A stretch of DNA of 64,000 nucleotides from an uncultured virus (IMG/VR IMGVR_UViG_2061766007_000036) (IMGVR_UViG_2061766007_000036), one strand, 5' to 3'. Positions 52,705 to 61,752 are shown, numbered from the stretch's first letter. Translations and numbers: made by a program. Notes: generated by a model from the letters alone, not told the origin.

Positions 52705-54842
52705 TTATTTATCTAATCTGTACTTCCCGTCGGGCTTGGCTTTCAGTCCATTAAACCGTTTGTTAAGCAGTTTCCCGTTCAGAACGCCGATGCTGTAGGC
52801 AAACGGTCTGAACATCTTATCCTGCCCGAGGTAAGCGAGCTGTTTCTGTGTTAAGAACTGAGCGGCACTCATTTCGAGCGTTCCGTTGCCCGCTACGCAC
52901 TGCGGTCTTCCATCGAACTTCGTGCAAAGGTAAATATAAGGGGCGTTGCCGTTAGGCTCTTTCTCTCCTCTTCCAAGGTAGATAAGTTCCTTCGGTCGAA
53001 TATTGAATTCCTCTTCCGTCTCACGGAAAGCGGCTTCTCTCGGAGTCTCTCCTTCTTCAACCATTCCTCCCGGCCCNNNNNNNNNNNNNNNNNNNNNNNN
53101 NNNNNATCCGTCCTCGTTTAATAACGAGAACTCCCACAGATTCTCTCGGCTTGGCTTTATCGTCCCCTATCTTCTCTTCTGTCCTCAGATTCGATTTAAC
53201 GGGCTTTTCTTCCACCAAGGCATCTTCATTCTCTTCCTCGGAATATTCTCCCTCGGGTCGTTTGGTGGCTTCTGGTGCGTTAGAAGGCGTTCCTCCAATG
53301 TCTCCTTCGACTTCTTCGGGAGCACCATCGGGAGCGTCGATTGGAGCAGCTGCTTCCATCGCCTCTGCGGGAGCGGGCATACCGCCCGTTGCGCCCGTGC
53401 CTAACATCCCACCGCCCTGCTGTGGCGTAAACGGAGGCTTGCCGTCGGGGAACAGTTCCTCGGGCGTGTAGTTGTTGAGAACAGACTCAACGTCAAACTG
53501 CTCGCTCGAAGCAAGAGCCTCACGAATTTCGTTGTTGTCAATAGCCCCCATAGAAGCATAAAGCCCTGCGGTATCCGCACGGACTTTTTCCACGTTGGCT
53601 CTCACGAGTTCAACGTTCAGTGCCTCTTCTTCAGTCAGAGACCATAGCGGGTTGAAGACGATTTTGATTTTCGGAATGTGCTCAATTTCGCCCGTTGCCA
53701 ATCCCGCTTGGAATATGATAGAGAGCAGATAACGAAGGTTGGCTTTCACCATTCTTCTCTGAATCCGCTCCACGTAGTTGTACCAGTTCTCAAGGTCGGA
53801 CTTTCCTGTGGCATTCATGCCCGCAGGAGAACGTCCGAAAAGAATCGTCTGAGGAATCGATGTGATTGCACTCAGATAATTGCAGGTAGAATCAAGAACC
53901 TGTGAAACGCCCGTGAATGAGAATGTTCTGAAATCGAATTCTTCACCGTCGTGGTCTACAACGACCGTGTTAAGAAGTCCCCGTGACATGTCGATTGTCT
54001 CGAGACGTTTCAGAACTCTGTCCTCGCCCTGTTCCGTAGCCAACTCAAGGGCAAGGTCTTTCATCTTGTAAACAGGCTGTACGGAGCGGTCAAGCATCTT
54101 TACGGCGCTTCCGCTTGCAATCTCTGTATCACGAATCGCTCGGTGCACTCTGATATATTCGGGAATGCCCCACATCTGATACAGACTGCTCGTCGTGTTC
54201 TCGGGCAGTGCTCCGTTCCTAAAAACGAGGCATCTGCTGTCGTGCACTCTGAACGTTCCATAGCGGGAAGTGATGTCGTAAAACTCGGGCATACCAAGCC
54301 GGGAACCCTGTGTTCTGAACGGGTCGTTCGGCGAGTAGTTGTACATCGACAGATAGTCGGGCTGAACCATACTGCGGTCATACACACGAATGTCGTCGAT
54401 AGATTTGATGTTCTTCCAATCCAACGGTTTCGACAGGTCGTCGTTCCCGTCATTGATGAGCATTACGGCAACGGAGCCACCATAAAGGCGAGCCCATTNN
54501 NNNNNNNNNNNNNNNNNNNNNNNCTTCCCATTCAAGTTCGTCAAGCGCCTCTTTGTAGAAGTCGATTGTCTTCTTGTTCGTAATGCCCTCGAGTTCGAAT
54601 CCGTTCTTTAGCGCTTCCTCAGCGGGCGTGTCAATTATCTTGGCAAACAGCCCATTGGATTCATAGTACGTAGACAGCGTGGAGTCCTCTACGATGGGTT
54701 CTCCCGCATACTGGTAATGCTCTGTGATGTCTCTATCGGTTCCGTACTTGCTTAGCAGGTTGTAATAGCCGTCAGCACGGTACGGTCTAATCGCTTTCTT
54801 GGCATTCGCCTCAACGATTTCTTGGAAGTTACTCTCAGCCAC
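52705..54842 (-). CDS. DUF1073-type portal protein with C-terminal Nudix hydrolase (one gene across two short gaps, inferred)
   Basis: Y..NGL..KIID.PAEE; WARLYGG; G.PE.Y; LFGRSPAGMNATG.SD..N.Y; then VGVLVI [gap] GGMVEEGETPREAAFRETEEEF Nudix box. Confidence 0.8.
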
Positions 54843-54867
54843 CTGTTCACCCCCACGTAAAAAATCG

Positions 54868-55269
54868 TCAGCGCTTATCTACCCACTTGAGATACTCGTT
54901 GACGATTTGTTTAACGGTATAATAATGTTTTGGCTTTCGCCATATTCTCTCTCCGCTCGTGTATATGCTCCTCACATTACAGTCTGACAGATAAACGCTT
55001 TTCTGCTTATCTGTCTCGTGATGTTCTGCAACAACCGCCATTGCGGATTTCCCTCTTTTCCCGAAATCTTTCACCATTCTTTCAATGGCGACTTTCTGTC
55101 CAAGAGGAAGTTCTTTCTCCCCGTATTTGACTTCGACAATAATGTAGGCTCTGTTCCTGTATTCCAACAGAGCGTCCAAGTCAGTGAACGTCGTTCCTTT
55201 GTATTCTATTCCTCGGAAGTCGATTATCTGACTTGCCCGTTCCGGATGAAGAATCGCATCGTCCATCAT
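54868..55269 (-). CDS. PD-(D/E)XK-like nuclease-fold protein
   Basis: TD.D.LLE....IIVEVK......GQ..A.ER pattern. Confidence 0.55.
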   Translation of the reverse strand: MMDDAILHPERASQIIDFRGIEYKGTTFTDLDALLEYRNRAYIIVEVKYGEKELPLGQKVAIERMVKDFGKRGKSAMAVVAEHHETDKQKSVYLSDCNVRSIYTSGERIWRKPKHYYTVKQIVNEYLKWVDKR

Positions 55270-56666
55270 AGCATGTTGGCAAGGCTGAACCTTGTGCGTG
55301 TCTCAATCTCAGCAAATCCGTTTGCGGAAGCGTCGACCATATCCTTGAATTTCCCTTCGGGGAAGTTCTCCAACTGAGTAAGGTACATCTCATTCCACGG
55401 GGCAATCAGAATGTCGAAGTTTCCTGCCTGCCACTGCGCCGCCATCGGTTCTGCACGGGATTCCTTGGAACCCGACTCGGGTACTGCTCTAATGGCATAA
55501 CCCGACAGTTCCTTAATGTACGTCTGTGCCTGTTCTTTTCCCGCCTGCCCCGGGTCTTGCGGAATGCGAATCATAACCTTGTTCCCGAAACGCAGACGGT
55601 CAAGTTCTGCGGTCATCTTAATCGTCTTTCTGACATCTGATGCCGCCATCTGTCTGTTTATAACATCAGCGACAACATACCGACCGTTTTTCCTTTTCCC
55701 CATCAAAACACCTGCTGTATATGCAGGGTCTCCTGCGGATGTCTTTTCCGTTGCGGCTAAGTCCCAACAGCGTACCCACACGAGCACGTCGTCGGGGATG
55801 AGGCGGATGTAATTCCCTACCTGTTCTTTCTTGAAGAACATTCCCGCCGCTTGCTTTATTTTCCAGTTTCCATAGAGCAGTCGTTCACGCTCAATAATCG
55901 GAAGCGCTTTAAGGTTGGCAAGGTAAGACGGGTTTGTCTTCATCAGAATCTCGTTGTCCTGCAAAGTGGCGCACACAAACGTAGCGGAACGAGGTTCCGC
56001 TCTTTCTTCGGGCGTTACAAGATTGAACTGTTCCCACAATTCCTGTTTTGTGTTTGCCCAATACAGCGTCTCGTCTCTCCGAATGAAATAACGGAGTTTT
56101 CCGCTTCTCTCGGGGATGGGATATCCTGTATCTTGGTCAATCCACCACTCTATGAACTCTGCCACCCACGAATCAGCGTCGGGGTTGCAGGTCGCTCTAA
56201 CAAACGGTTTAACACCGCATGTGGAACGGTTACGGGAGAGCATATAGAAGAACTGCTGTGATGTGAAATGCGTTAATTCGTCGTATAACAGTCCGCAAAT
56301 CTGAGCACCTTGGTAGCTCTGCAACTCTTCATCTCGCTCGATGTGTTTGAAGTTAATCTTGCTGACCAACTTCCCGTTAGCGTCAGAGAACGACCACTCG
56401 CCTTTTGAGGCTTTGTAAAGCGCTCCCTTGATTCCGCTGTACATCTCAAAGGACGTATCGTAAAGACCGCCCTGTGCAAAAATCTGATTGTAGTTCTTAC
56501 GGAATATCGTGCATGAGTAGCCCGGAACGTTCTTATATCTCAACGCCGCCAACAGCAACGCATAGGTTTTTCCCGCTCCTGCGGCTCCTCCGTAGATGAC
56601 GATATCACCGGGTGATGCAAGGAACCGTTCCTGTGCCCCTTTCTGAGGTCTAAGTACGGTCGCCAT
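55266..56666 (-). CDS. terL: Terminase large subunit (Terminase_6-like)
   Basis: YGGAAGAGKT; YDELTHF; ATCNPD; WDLAAT; PQDPGQAGK; FP.G..KDMVDA. Confidence 0.95.
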   Translation of the reverse strand: MATVLRPQKGAQERFLASPGDIVIYGGAAGAGKTYALLLAALRYKNVPGYSCTIFRKNYNQIFAQGGLYDTSFEMYSGIKGALYKASKGEWSFSDANGKLVSKINFKHIERDEELQSYQGAQICGLLYDELTHFTSQQFFYMLSRNRSTCGVKPFVRATCNPDADSWVAEFIEWWIDQDTGYPIPERSGKLRYFIRRDETLYWANTKQELWEQFNLVTPEERAEPRSATFVCATLQDNEILMKTNPSYLANLKALPIIERERLLYGNWKIKQAAGMFFKKEQVGNYIRLIPDDVLVWVRCWDLAATEKTSAGDPAYTAGVLMGKRKNGRYVVADVINRQMAASDVRKTIKMTAELDRLRFGNKVMIRIPQDPGQAGKEQAQTYIKELSGYAIRAVPESGSKESRAEPMAAQWQAGNFDILIAPWNEMYLTQLENFPEGKFKDMVDASANGFAEIETRTRFSLANML

Positions 56667-56671
56667 TTAAA

Positions 56672-57244
56672 TCACCCCTTCTGAGATTCTGCTTCTACTG
56701 TGGTAGGTTCCATCACAGTTACGTATTCGACTTCCTCTTCCTTTTCCTTTGTAGCCTCTTCAAACTCTTTGTTGAGGTCTTCGATATCTGTTTCCGTCTC
56801 AACGGCGGGGAGATAAATCATGACATCGTCGGAACTCTCGTTCTCCACGTCGATTCCCGTCGCCTGTTTCATCTTCATTTCGAGTTCTTTTACCCTAATC
56901 TGAAGTTCCACGTTCTTCTGCTTAATCATCGCCATAGATTCGGCTTCCTTGCGATTCTCTTCGGGGTCGTATCCCGAAATCTTCATTAGGCGGTCGAGCG
57001 CATCCAAGTTTCCGTCCATCGCAAGCAGATAGAGTTTTACCATCAGCCCGTTCATATAGGTGCTGTCGTCTTCCTCGTATCCAAGTTTCTCCATCTGCTG
57101 TTTGATGCTTCCCGTAGCCGCCATCTGCATCAGCATCGCAGCTGCCTCTCTCGCATCACGCTTATTGCGCCTAACAGTTCCCGACTTGTATCCGCCCTTG
57201 GAGCCGTTCGCCTTTGCGTTTTCTTTCGTAAAGTTCCTTGGCAT
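56672..57244 (-). CDS. terS: Terminase small subunit (putative)
   Basis: A...G.KGG..SG..RR.K.. N-terminal motif; immediately upstream of terL. Confidence 0.7.
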   Translation of the reverse strand: MPRNFTKENAKANGSKGGYKSGTVRRNKRDAREAAAMLMQMAATGSIKQQMEKLGYEEDDSTYMNGLMVKLYLLAMDGNLDALDRLMKISGYDPEENRKEAESMAMIKQKNVELQIRVKELEMKMKQATGIDVENESSDDVMIYLPAVETETDIEDLNKEFEEATKEKEEEVEYVTVMEPTTVEAESQKG

Positions 57245-57263
57245 TAAATCACCCTTTAATAAG

Positions 57264-57290
57264 AAAAAAGGGAACCTCTCGGCTCCCTTT
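57264..57290 (-). terminator. Terminator-like hairpin in late-operon leader
   Basis: AAAGGGAGCC-GAGA-GGTTCCCTTT then TTTCTT. Confidence 0.6.
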
Positions 57291-57330
57291 CGTTGCTTAC
57301 ATATTCACTCGGATACTCCGTCCATCATAT

Positions 57331-57404
57331 ATGATACCACACATATCAGACCAATCCAATGTCATTTGCTGTCATTCTGCGTCACTATGCGTCACACGAT
57401 GTCA
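57331..57404 (-). promoter_or_regulatory. Putative late promoter: extended -10 (TGTGGTATCAT) with five upstream TGAC repeats at 10-bp phase
   Basis: GTCA on + strand at 57361, 57371, 57381, 57391 and 57401; -10 at 57336-57331; no consensus -35. Confidence 0.7.
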
Positions 57405-57733
57405 GTTTTTCCTATTTCGTGCCATCCTAACACTGTAAGAACGTACCCTCTTATTACAGGAACCGTTCTTTTTCTCTCTCCGTCAACGACCATAAAATTG
57501 TCATCTCTGACCCTCATCCAATCGGAACTGAGCAAGCTGTGCGACTTCAGCCTCTGTACGCAGTTGTTCAGTCTATTCTTGTCAAGGGGATATCCTTTTT
57601 CTGCACATCTTTCGGAAATCTTGTCGAGAACAGCCACTTTTCCCGAATCATATTCTCCGATAATATCAGCAATCGACTCCATAAACACTCGGTCATCGAC
57701 TGCGTTGCGTTCTTTGTCCGTTTTCCTTGCCAT
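57392..57733 (-). CDS. Hypothetical, possibly winged-helix late activator
   Basis: Last gene before late promoter; helix-helix-strand pattern ending Y.LT..G. Confidence 0.45.
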   Translation of the reverse strand: MARKTDKERNAVDDRVFMESIADIIGEYDSGKVAVLDKISERCAEKGYPLDKNRLNNCVQRLKSHSLLSSDWMRVRDDNFMVVDGERKRTVPVIRGYVLTVLGWHEIGKTDIV

Positions 57734-57735
57734 AT

Positions 57736-58155
57736 TTACCTCCCTGTACTTCCGAATCCGTTGTTTCCACGTTCTGTCTCATAGAACTGCGTGACAATCT
57801 TCGGTTCGCACAGCAGACAACTTGAAACGATGAGCTGAATCACCTTGTCCCCACGCTCGAACGTGTAGTCCTCATTTCCGAGATTGTAAAGTTTCACGAT
57901 AATCGACCCTGTATATCCGGAGTCAATGACTCCCGTTCCGATGATATCGTGCTTTACGTTCAGTCCGCTTTTCGCCTCGAGTTTCCCGACGTAGTACTTC
58001 GGTATCTCGATATGAACGCCAGTGTCTATCACGGCACTTCCGTGCGCTTTTACAGTTACTTTCACGGGGGTTCTAAGGTCAAACCCCGCATCGAACAGAT
58101 GTGCTCTTTCCGGGGCGTATGCGCCCTCGTCGAGCATTACGTTGATTGTCAGCAT
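57736..58155 (-). CDS. dut: Trimeric dUTPase
   Basis: AGFDL; KSGL; GVIDSGYTG; KVIQL; ERG.NGFGSTG. Confidence 0.95.
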   Translation of the reverse strand: MLTINVMLDEGAYAPERAHLFDAGFDLRTPVKVTVKAHGSAVIDTGVHIEIPKYYVGKLEAKSGLNVKHDIIGTGVIDSGYTGSIIVKLYNLGNEDYTFERGDKVIQLIVSSCLLCEPKIVTQFYETERGNNGFGSTGR

Positions 58156-58174
58156 TCTTCGCCCTCCAAATCCA

Positions 58175-58339
58175 TTAACTCTCTTCCGTGTATTCGTCGC
58201 AGAGTTCGGGGACGCAGATATCCCCTGTGTCGTCGAAATTATACAGCGGACAGCTCCGCAAGAACAGAGGATTTTTGTCTTCCCATTTGCACTTCGCTGT
58301 ATCGGGAAGACAGTAGATTTTGATGCCGTCTTTCGTCAT
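58175..58339 (-). CDS. Small Cys-rich hypothetical (54 aa)
   Basis: Own translation MTKDGIKIYCLPDTAKC...CPLY...C.PELCDEY; TAATG overlap. Confidence 0.5.
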   Translation of the reverse strand: MTKDGIKIYCLPDTAKCKWEDKNPLFLRSCPLYNFDDTGDICVPELCDEYTEES

Positions 58340-58662
58340 TACGTCCATCTCTGCACCTCTCTCAGTCTTTTTGTGAATTCATTGTACGCTTCCGCTTTCG
58401 TCATGTACTTGTGACTTACTTGGCTGAAGACCGTTCCATCGTCTTGCAGAAAATACATCATCCGCCCGTAAAAGGCAATAGAGAGAGTCAAGAACATCTC
58501 GAAGCCTTCTTGCTCGTAATCGCTCGGACGTGGTCTCCGTTTTACAACTCGTACCGCAGTAGGCATCTGTTTAATCAAGTTGATTACCCCACGCCTTTCG
58601 TATAGGACAGCATCGTTTGTCCTCACTTCCTCAAGCATTTTGTCTGCGTCAATTAGTCGCAT
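58339..58662 (-). CDS. MRLIDAD-family small protein
   Basis: MRLIDADKML...MPTAV. Confidence 0.65.
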   Translation of the reverse strand: MRLIDADKMLEEVRTNDAVLYERRGVINLIKQMPTAVRVVKRRPRPSDYEQEGFEMFLTLSIAFYGRMMYFLQDDGTVFSQVSHKYMTKAEAYNEFTKRLREVQRWT

Positions 58663-58794
58663 TTCTCTTCTCCTATTCTGTCCCTTTTGTCCGCTTCTTT
58701 CCACGTCTGATACAGAGCGTATGCCACGGGGTTGTACACCCATTCCTTTTCGAGAGCCTTCGTGTACTCTTCCACGAGCATCTCCATCGCCTTA

Positions 58795-59187
58795 TTAAAC
58801 GTCATCTTTATCCTCCGCCTTTTCTGTGTCCTCTTCTCTCCCCAAGACCACTATCATCCATTTGATGTCGTCCTGCGATGTCCAAGTGTCTTTAAAAACT
58901 CTCTTTATTCCCCACGATTTATCTGTCACTTTGAAGACTTTCGTGTCGTAAACCGTTATCTCTCTTACGGGGTCTAAGAAGTTGAACACTTCCGTTATGT
59001 TGTGCCTAACAATCTGTGGGTGCTCTCCTTTTCTCCTGTTCCACGCTTTGACAGCATCACGCTTCGTTGCATACAGATGGTCTTGGTTGATACTGCACTT
59101 TGTGCACTTCACAAAATACCTGCGGTCTCCGCAGTCATCTATTGTTGCTTCACTTCCGCAGAACGGGCACTCTCTCAACTCAGCCAT
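58795..59187 (-). CDS. Lar-family (restriction alleviation-like) zinc finger protein
   Basis: ELRECPFCG.EA...CTKC...A..AWNRR. Confidence 0.75.
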   Translation of the reverse strand: MAELRECPFCGSEATIDDCGDRRYFVKCTKCSINQDHLYATKRDAVKAWNRRKGEHPQIVRHNITEVFNFLDPVREITVYDTKVFKVTDKSWGIKRVFKDTWTSQDDIKWMIVVLGREEDTEKAEDKDDV

Positions 59188-59455
59188 CTTTTCTTTCTCC
59201 TTGCGAGCAATAATCCTCGGGTACGGGGCGATACGAGTGTACTCGACAGACATAATGATGCCCCATCTCAGTCGTTACCATACACTTGGACATGTCGTAC
59301 CACTTGCAATCCTTGCATCTGACTACCTGCACATAGTCTGCTTTTTCTAACCATTTTGTGACTGAAAACTGGTTGTACTTCGGGTTGATACAAGCCGTTG
59401 ACATACAGTAGCCGTAGGATGTTTTGTTGTTGCATACATACGGGCAAGTGTTCAT
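59180..59455 (-). CDS. Small Cys-rich protein (VVRCKDC...YCS.GERK module)
   Basis: Module shared across the array. Confidence 0.6.
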   Translation of the reverse strand: MNTCPYVCNNKTSYGYCMSTACINPKYNQFSVTKWLEKADYVQVVRCKDCKWYDMSKCMVTTEMGHHYVCRVHSYRPVPEDYCSQGERKDG

Positions 59456-59643
59456 TCTTCTTTCCTTTCTCCCCGATGGCAGAATCCATCATCATTATTT
59501 GATATCACGCAGTCTAATGTAATCATCCAGTCGTTGTTGTTTTTCCAGTAGTACTTGCACTCCCGACACCGCACCAGTTCTCCCACGATTTCTTGCTTTG
59601 TGGCTAAACCGCAGTCTGTTTCTCGCACTATGTATTCACTCAT
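59452..59643 (-). CDS. Small Cys-rich protein (MSEYIV...LVRC module)
   Basis: 5' end repeated at 62675-62747. Confidence 0.65.
   Translation of the reverse strand: MSEYIVRETDCGLATKQEIVGELVRCRECKYYWKNNNDWMITLDCVISNNDDGFCHRGERKEE
59571..59643. repeat. 73-bp direct repeat, copy 1
   Basis: Matches 62675-62747 with 4 synonymous mismatches. Confidence 0.9.
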
Positions 59644-59890
59644 CTTCTACCTCCTCTTTCAGCCAGTCGAGCCAACGCTCCGAAGATGCGTTTAGTGGCG
59701 AATTGTCCCACCAGTACAAATGCTCCGCCAGTTCTTCGTCCGTCATAGCCCGGATGCGGTCGCCGTTGGTGATGGGCTTCCCACAACCTCCGTTGCTCTT
59801 GCATCCACCCGGCGCATCGTAGTCATCACATCCACGGCAAGGGTTGATGTCAAGTCCAATTTCGCCATAGCCGAATCTGTCTGCCATCAC
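59636..59890 (-). CDS. Hypothetical small phage protein
   Basis: C..C...C; TNGDRIRAMTDEELA...WL..E. Confidence 0.65.
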   Translation of the reverse strand: MMADRFGYGEIGLDINPCRGCDDYDAPGGCKSNGGCGKPITNGDRIRAMTDEELAEHLYWWDNSPLNASSERWLDWLKEEVEDE

Positions 59891-60162
59891 TCACCCTCCT
59901 CTGCCGGGATGACGGTTGGAGCATTGCGGACATAGGACGCATATACAATCGGCAGACGCCCACCATCCCGGAGTAGTAAAACTTCGTGTTGCATCAACGC
60001 ATCTCGCTCAATCAAGTCCCCATGCGGCGGGACGGGAACGGCTTCCCAAACTCTTCCCATATCCCCAACATATTCCGCAACATGACCGTTGGGGTATAGC
60101 GTTATCACCATCTTTCCATATTGCTCTGACGGCATCTCCATGCCCTTAATCAGTATGCTCAT
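59887..60162 (-). CDS. Hypothetical small phage protein
   Basis: MSILIKGMEMP...HGDLI.RDAL...APTVIPA. Confidence 0.65.
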   Translation of the reverse strand: MSILIKGMEMPSEQYGKMVITLYPNGHVAEYVGDMGRVWEAVPVPPHGDLIERDALMQHEVLLLRDGGRLPIVYASYVRNAPTVIPAEEGE

Positions 60163-60589
60163 CGTCTACCTCCTTCGGCGGCTCTGGTAACGGCATCCAA
60201 TGGGTGACTTCGATTGCGTCATCCATCTCGTCAAATCCCCATTCGCCGTACTCTGCGAGATAGTCCTGCACAACCGTACTCCACCAATACCATTTTCTAC
60301 GGTAGTACACTCCTGTCGCTGTCTGTGGCTTATCCTTAATGTGCTGATAGTAAATACTTGGGCTGTGATTTACCCATGTGATATTCACAGCCGTACCTTC
60401 TTCCGGCAACCGCTCCGTCACGGTAATCCAAGCAGGAACGGCATCTATGGTGGGTGCTTTTTCAATTTCTTTCAATATGCCCTCTTTAAGTATTTCCGCT
60501 AATTCTGCAATTTCACCGCCAAACAACGAAAGAAATGCCGTTTGATGTATGACATCGGCTTTCATATCGTCAGCATCGATTAACCGCAT
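60146..60589 (-). CDS. MRLIDAD-family protein with DUF551-like C-terminus
   Basis: W..VTERLPE...VTHWMPLPEPP. Confidence 0.75.
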   Translation of the reverse strand: MRLIDADDMKADVIHQTAFLSLFGGEIAELAEILKEGILKEIEKAPTIDAVPAWITVTERLPEEGTAVNITWVNHSPSIYYQHIKDKPQTATGVYYRRKWYWWSTVVQDYLAEYGEWGFDEMDDAIEVTHWMPLPEPPKEVDDEHTD

Positions 60590-60855
60590 TACTCATCATC
60601 CCCCAATACCGCATCGATAATGCTTGTAGGAATTACGGGCGGGCTCCACTTCACAAATGAAGTACCTGCCCATCCGCAGGATTTGCAGAAATAACCGAAC
60701 TGCGGAGGATATGACGTAAGAACGACATTGCTCATAAATATGTTTTCCCCGCAGTTAGGACATTCTATTGTCGTCTCTCCTTCCAAACGAGGAACGACGA
60801 ACTCCCTGTTGTTAAAGTCATTCCACTTCATTGTCTTTCCTTTCTCATCTGCCAA
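60589..60855 (-). CDS. Small zinc-ribbon protein
   Basis: CPNCG...LTSYPPQ..Y.C..CGW. Confidence 0.65.
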   Translation of the reverse strand: MADEKGKTMKWNDFNNREFVVPRLEGETTIECPNCGENIFMSNVVLTSYPPQFGYFCKSCGWAGTSFVKWSPPVIPTSIIDAVLGDDE

Positions 60856-61156
60856 ACACGTTAAGCGTTGCCCGTTTCACCGCAGAAATAAGTTCTTCCG
60901 CATCTACCGTGTACCGTTCTCCTTTGACTTCCAATTCAACCTTTTTGCTATCACTCCAAGCATTGTGGATTCTTATCCTTGGCTGTGATGGTTTTGAGTA
61001 ATCTTCAATCTCGCAAGTTACTGTCATAGTCTGTCCTTGTCCTTTCTGTGTAGTTGCAATGGTAGGAGCATCAGCAATCTGTTTCGCATCAACATATCCA
61101 TATGCCCCATCCGCCATTGCCTCGGCTAAAAGAGCATCGGCATCAATTAGTCTCAT
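60845..61156 (-). CDS. MRLIDAD-family small protein
   Basis: MRLIDADALL...DAPTI; start reassigned to ATG 61156. Confidence 0.65.
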   Translation of the reverse strand: MRLIDADALLAEAMADGAYGYVDAKQIADAPTIATTQKGQGQTMTVTCEIEDYSKPSQPRIRIHNAWSDSKKVELEVKGERYTVDAEELISAVKRATLNVFGR

Positions 61157-61463
61157 CGTCTTTCCTCCACCCATTTGAGCAGAAATCTGCCACTGCCATT
61201 TTCCACTGCCTGTTGTTCTTTTGGCATCTTCCATACCACGATATTGATGCGGGAGTCTCTTTGTCTGGCTTAAAAAACTCACATTCTCCGCACAGCACAA
61301 CAGGTACGGAGTTTATAGAATCTTCCAATGCTTGTGCCGCATCGACCATCGGAACAAGTCGACCTGTTTTATCTGTCCTGCACCTTTCTTCATACGGACA
61401 GTCAGAGCAATCTTTGTCATTGTCAACGCAAGTCCTCAACGCTTTAATCAACGCTTCGTACAT
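61143..61463 (-). CDS. Small Cys-rich protein
   Basis: LIKALR.C...C.DCPY...VPVVLC.EC...FCS.G.RK. Confidence 0.65.
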   Translation of the reverse strand: MYEALIKALRTCVDNDKDCSDCPYEERCRTDKTGRLVPMVDAAQALEDSINSVPVVLCGECEFFKPDKETPASISWYGRCQKNNRQWKMAVADFCSNGWRKDDETN

Positions 61464-61752
61464 CGTCTTTCCTTTCTCTCATGTCAGCACCGCAGTTGGG
61501 GCAGTATTGGTATGTTCCGTCTAAACACTCAAGAGTATTTCCGTAAGCGTGAAAAAAACATTCAGAACAATGATAGCCCTCGTCATCCCATATCCAATTC
61601 CCATGCTTCCGCTCTGGTTCCACGTCATCGCATTCCTCTATTCCATCGCACAGGTATCTGTAGATTGACTCCGCAATCTTTTCGTCATTGAACAGCTCTC
61701 GGCACTTGATGTTAAGCCCACGCCTTGCGTCTACCAGTTTAATTGCTATCAT
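61444..61752 (-). CDS. Small zinc-ribbon protein (KHG.W...YCPNCGA.M module)
   Basis: HGNW...CSEC...YCPNCGADM. Confidence 0.65.
   Translation of the reverse strand: MIAIKLVDARRGLNIKCRELFNDEKIAESIYRYLCDGIEECDDVEPERKHGNWIWDDEGYHCSECFFHAYGNTLECLDGTYQYCPNCGADMRERKDDVRSVD

Noticed and set aside
54450..54842. Portal split into separate genes
   Set aside because: The break coincides with gap 54499-54523, and the motifs continue across it.
52705..54842. Calling the DUF1073 gene an Acb1 anti-CBASS nuclease
   Set aside because: No paired HxT/S 2H-phosphoesterase motifs are evident; position and motifs indicate a portal with a Nudix tail.
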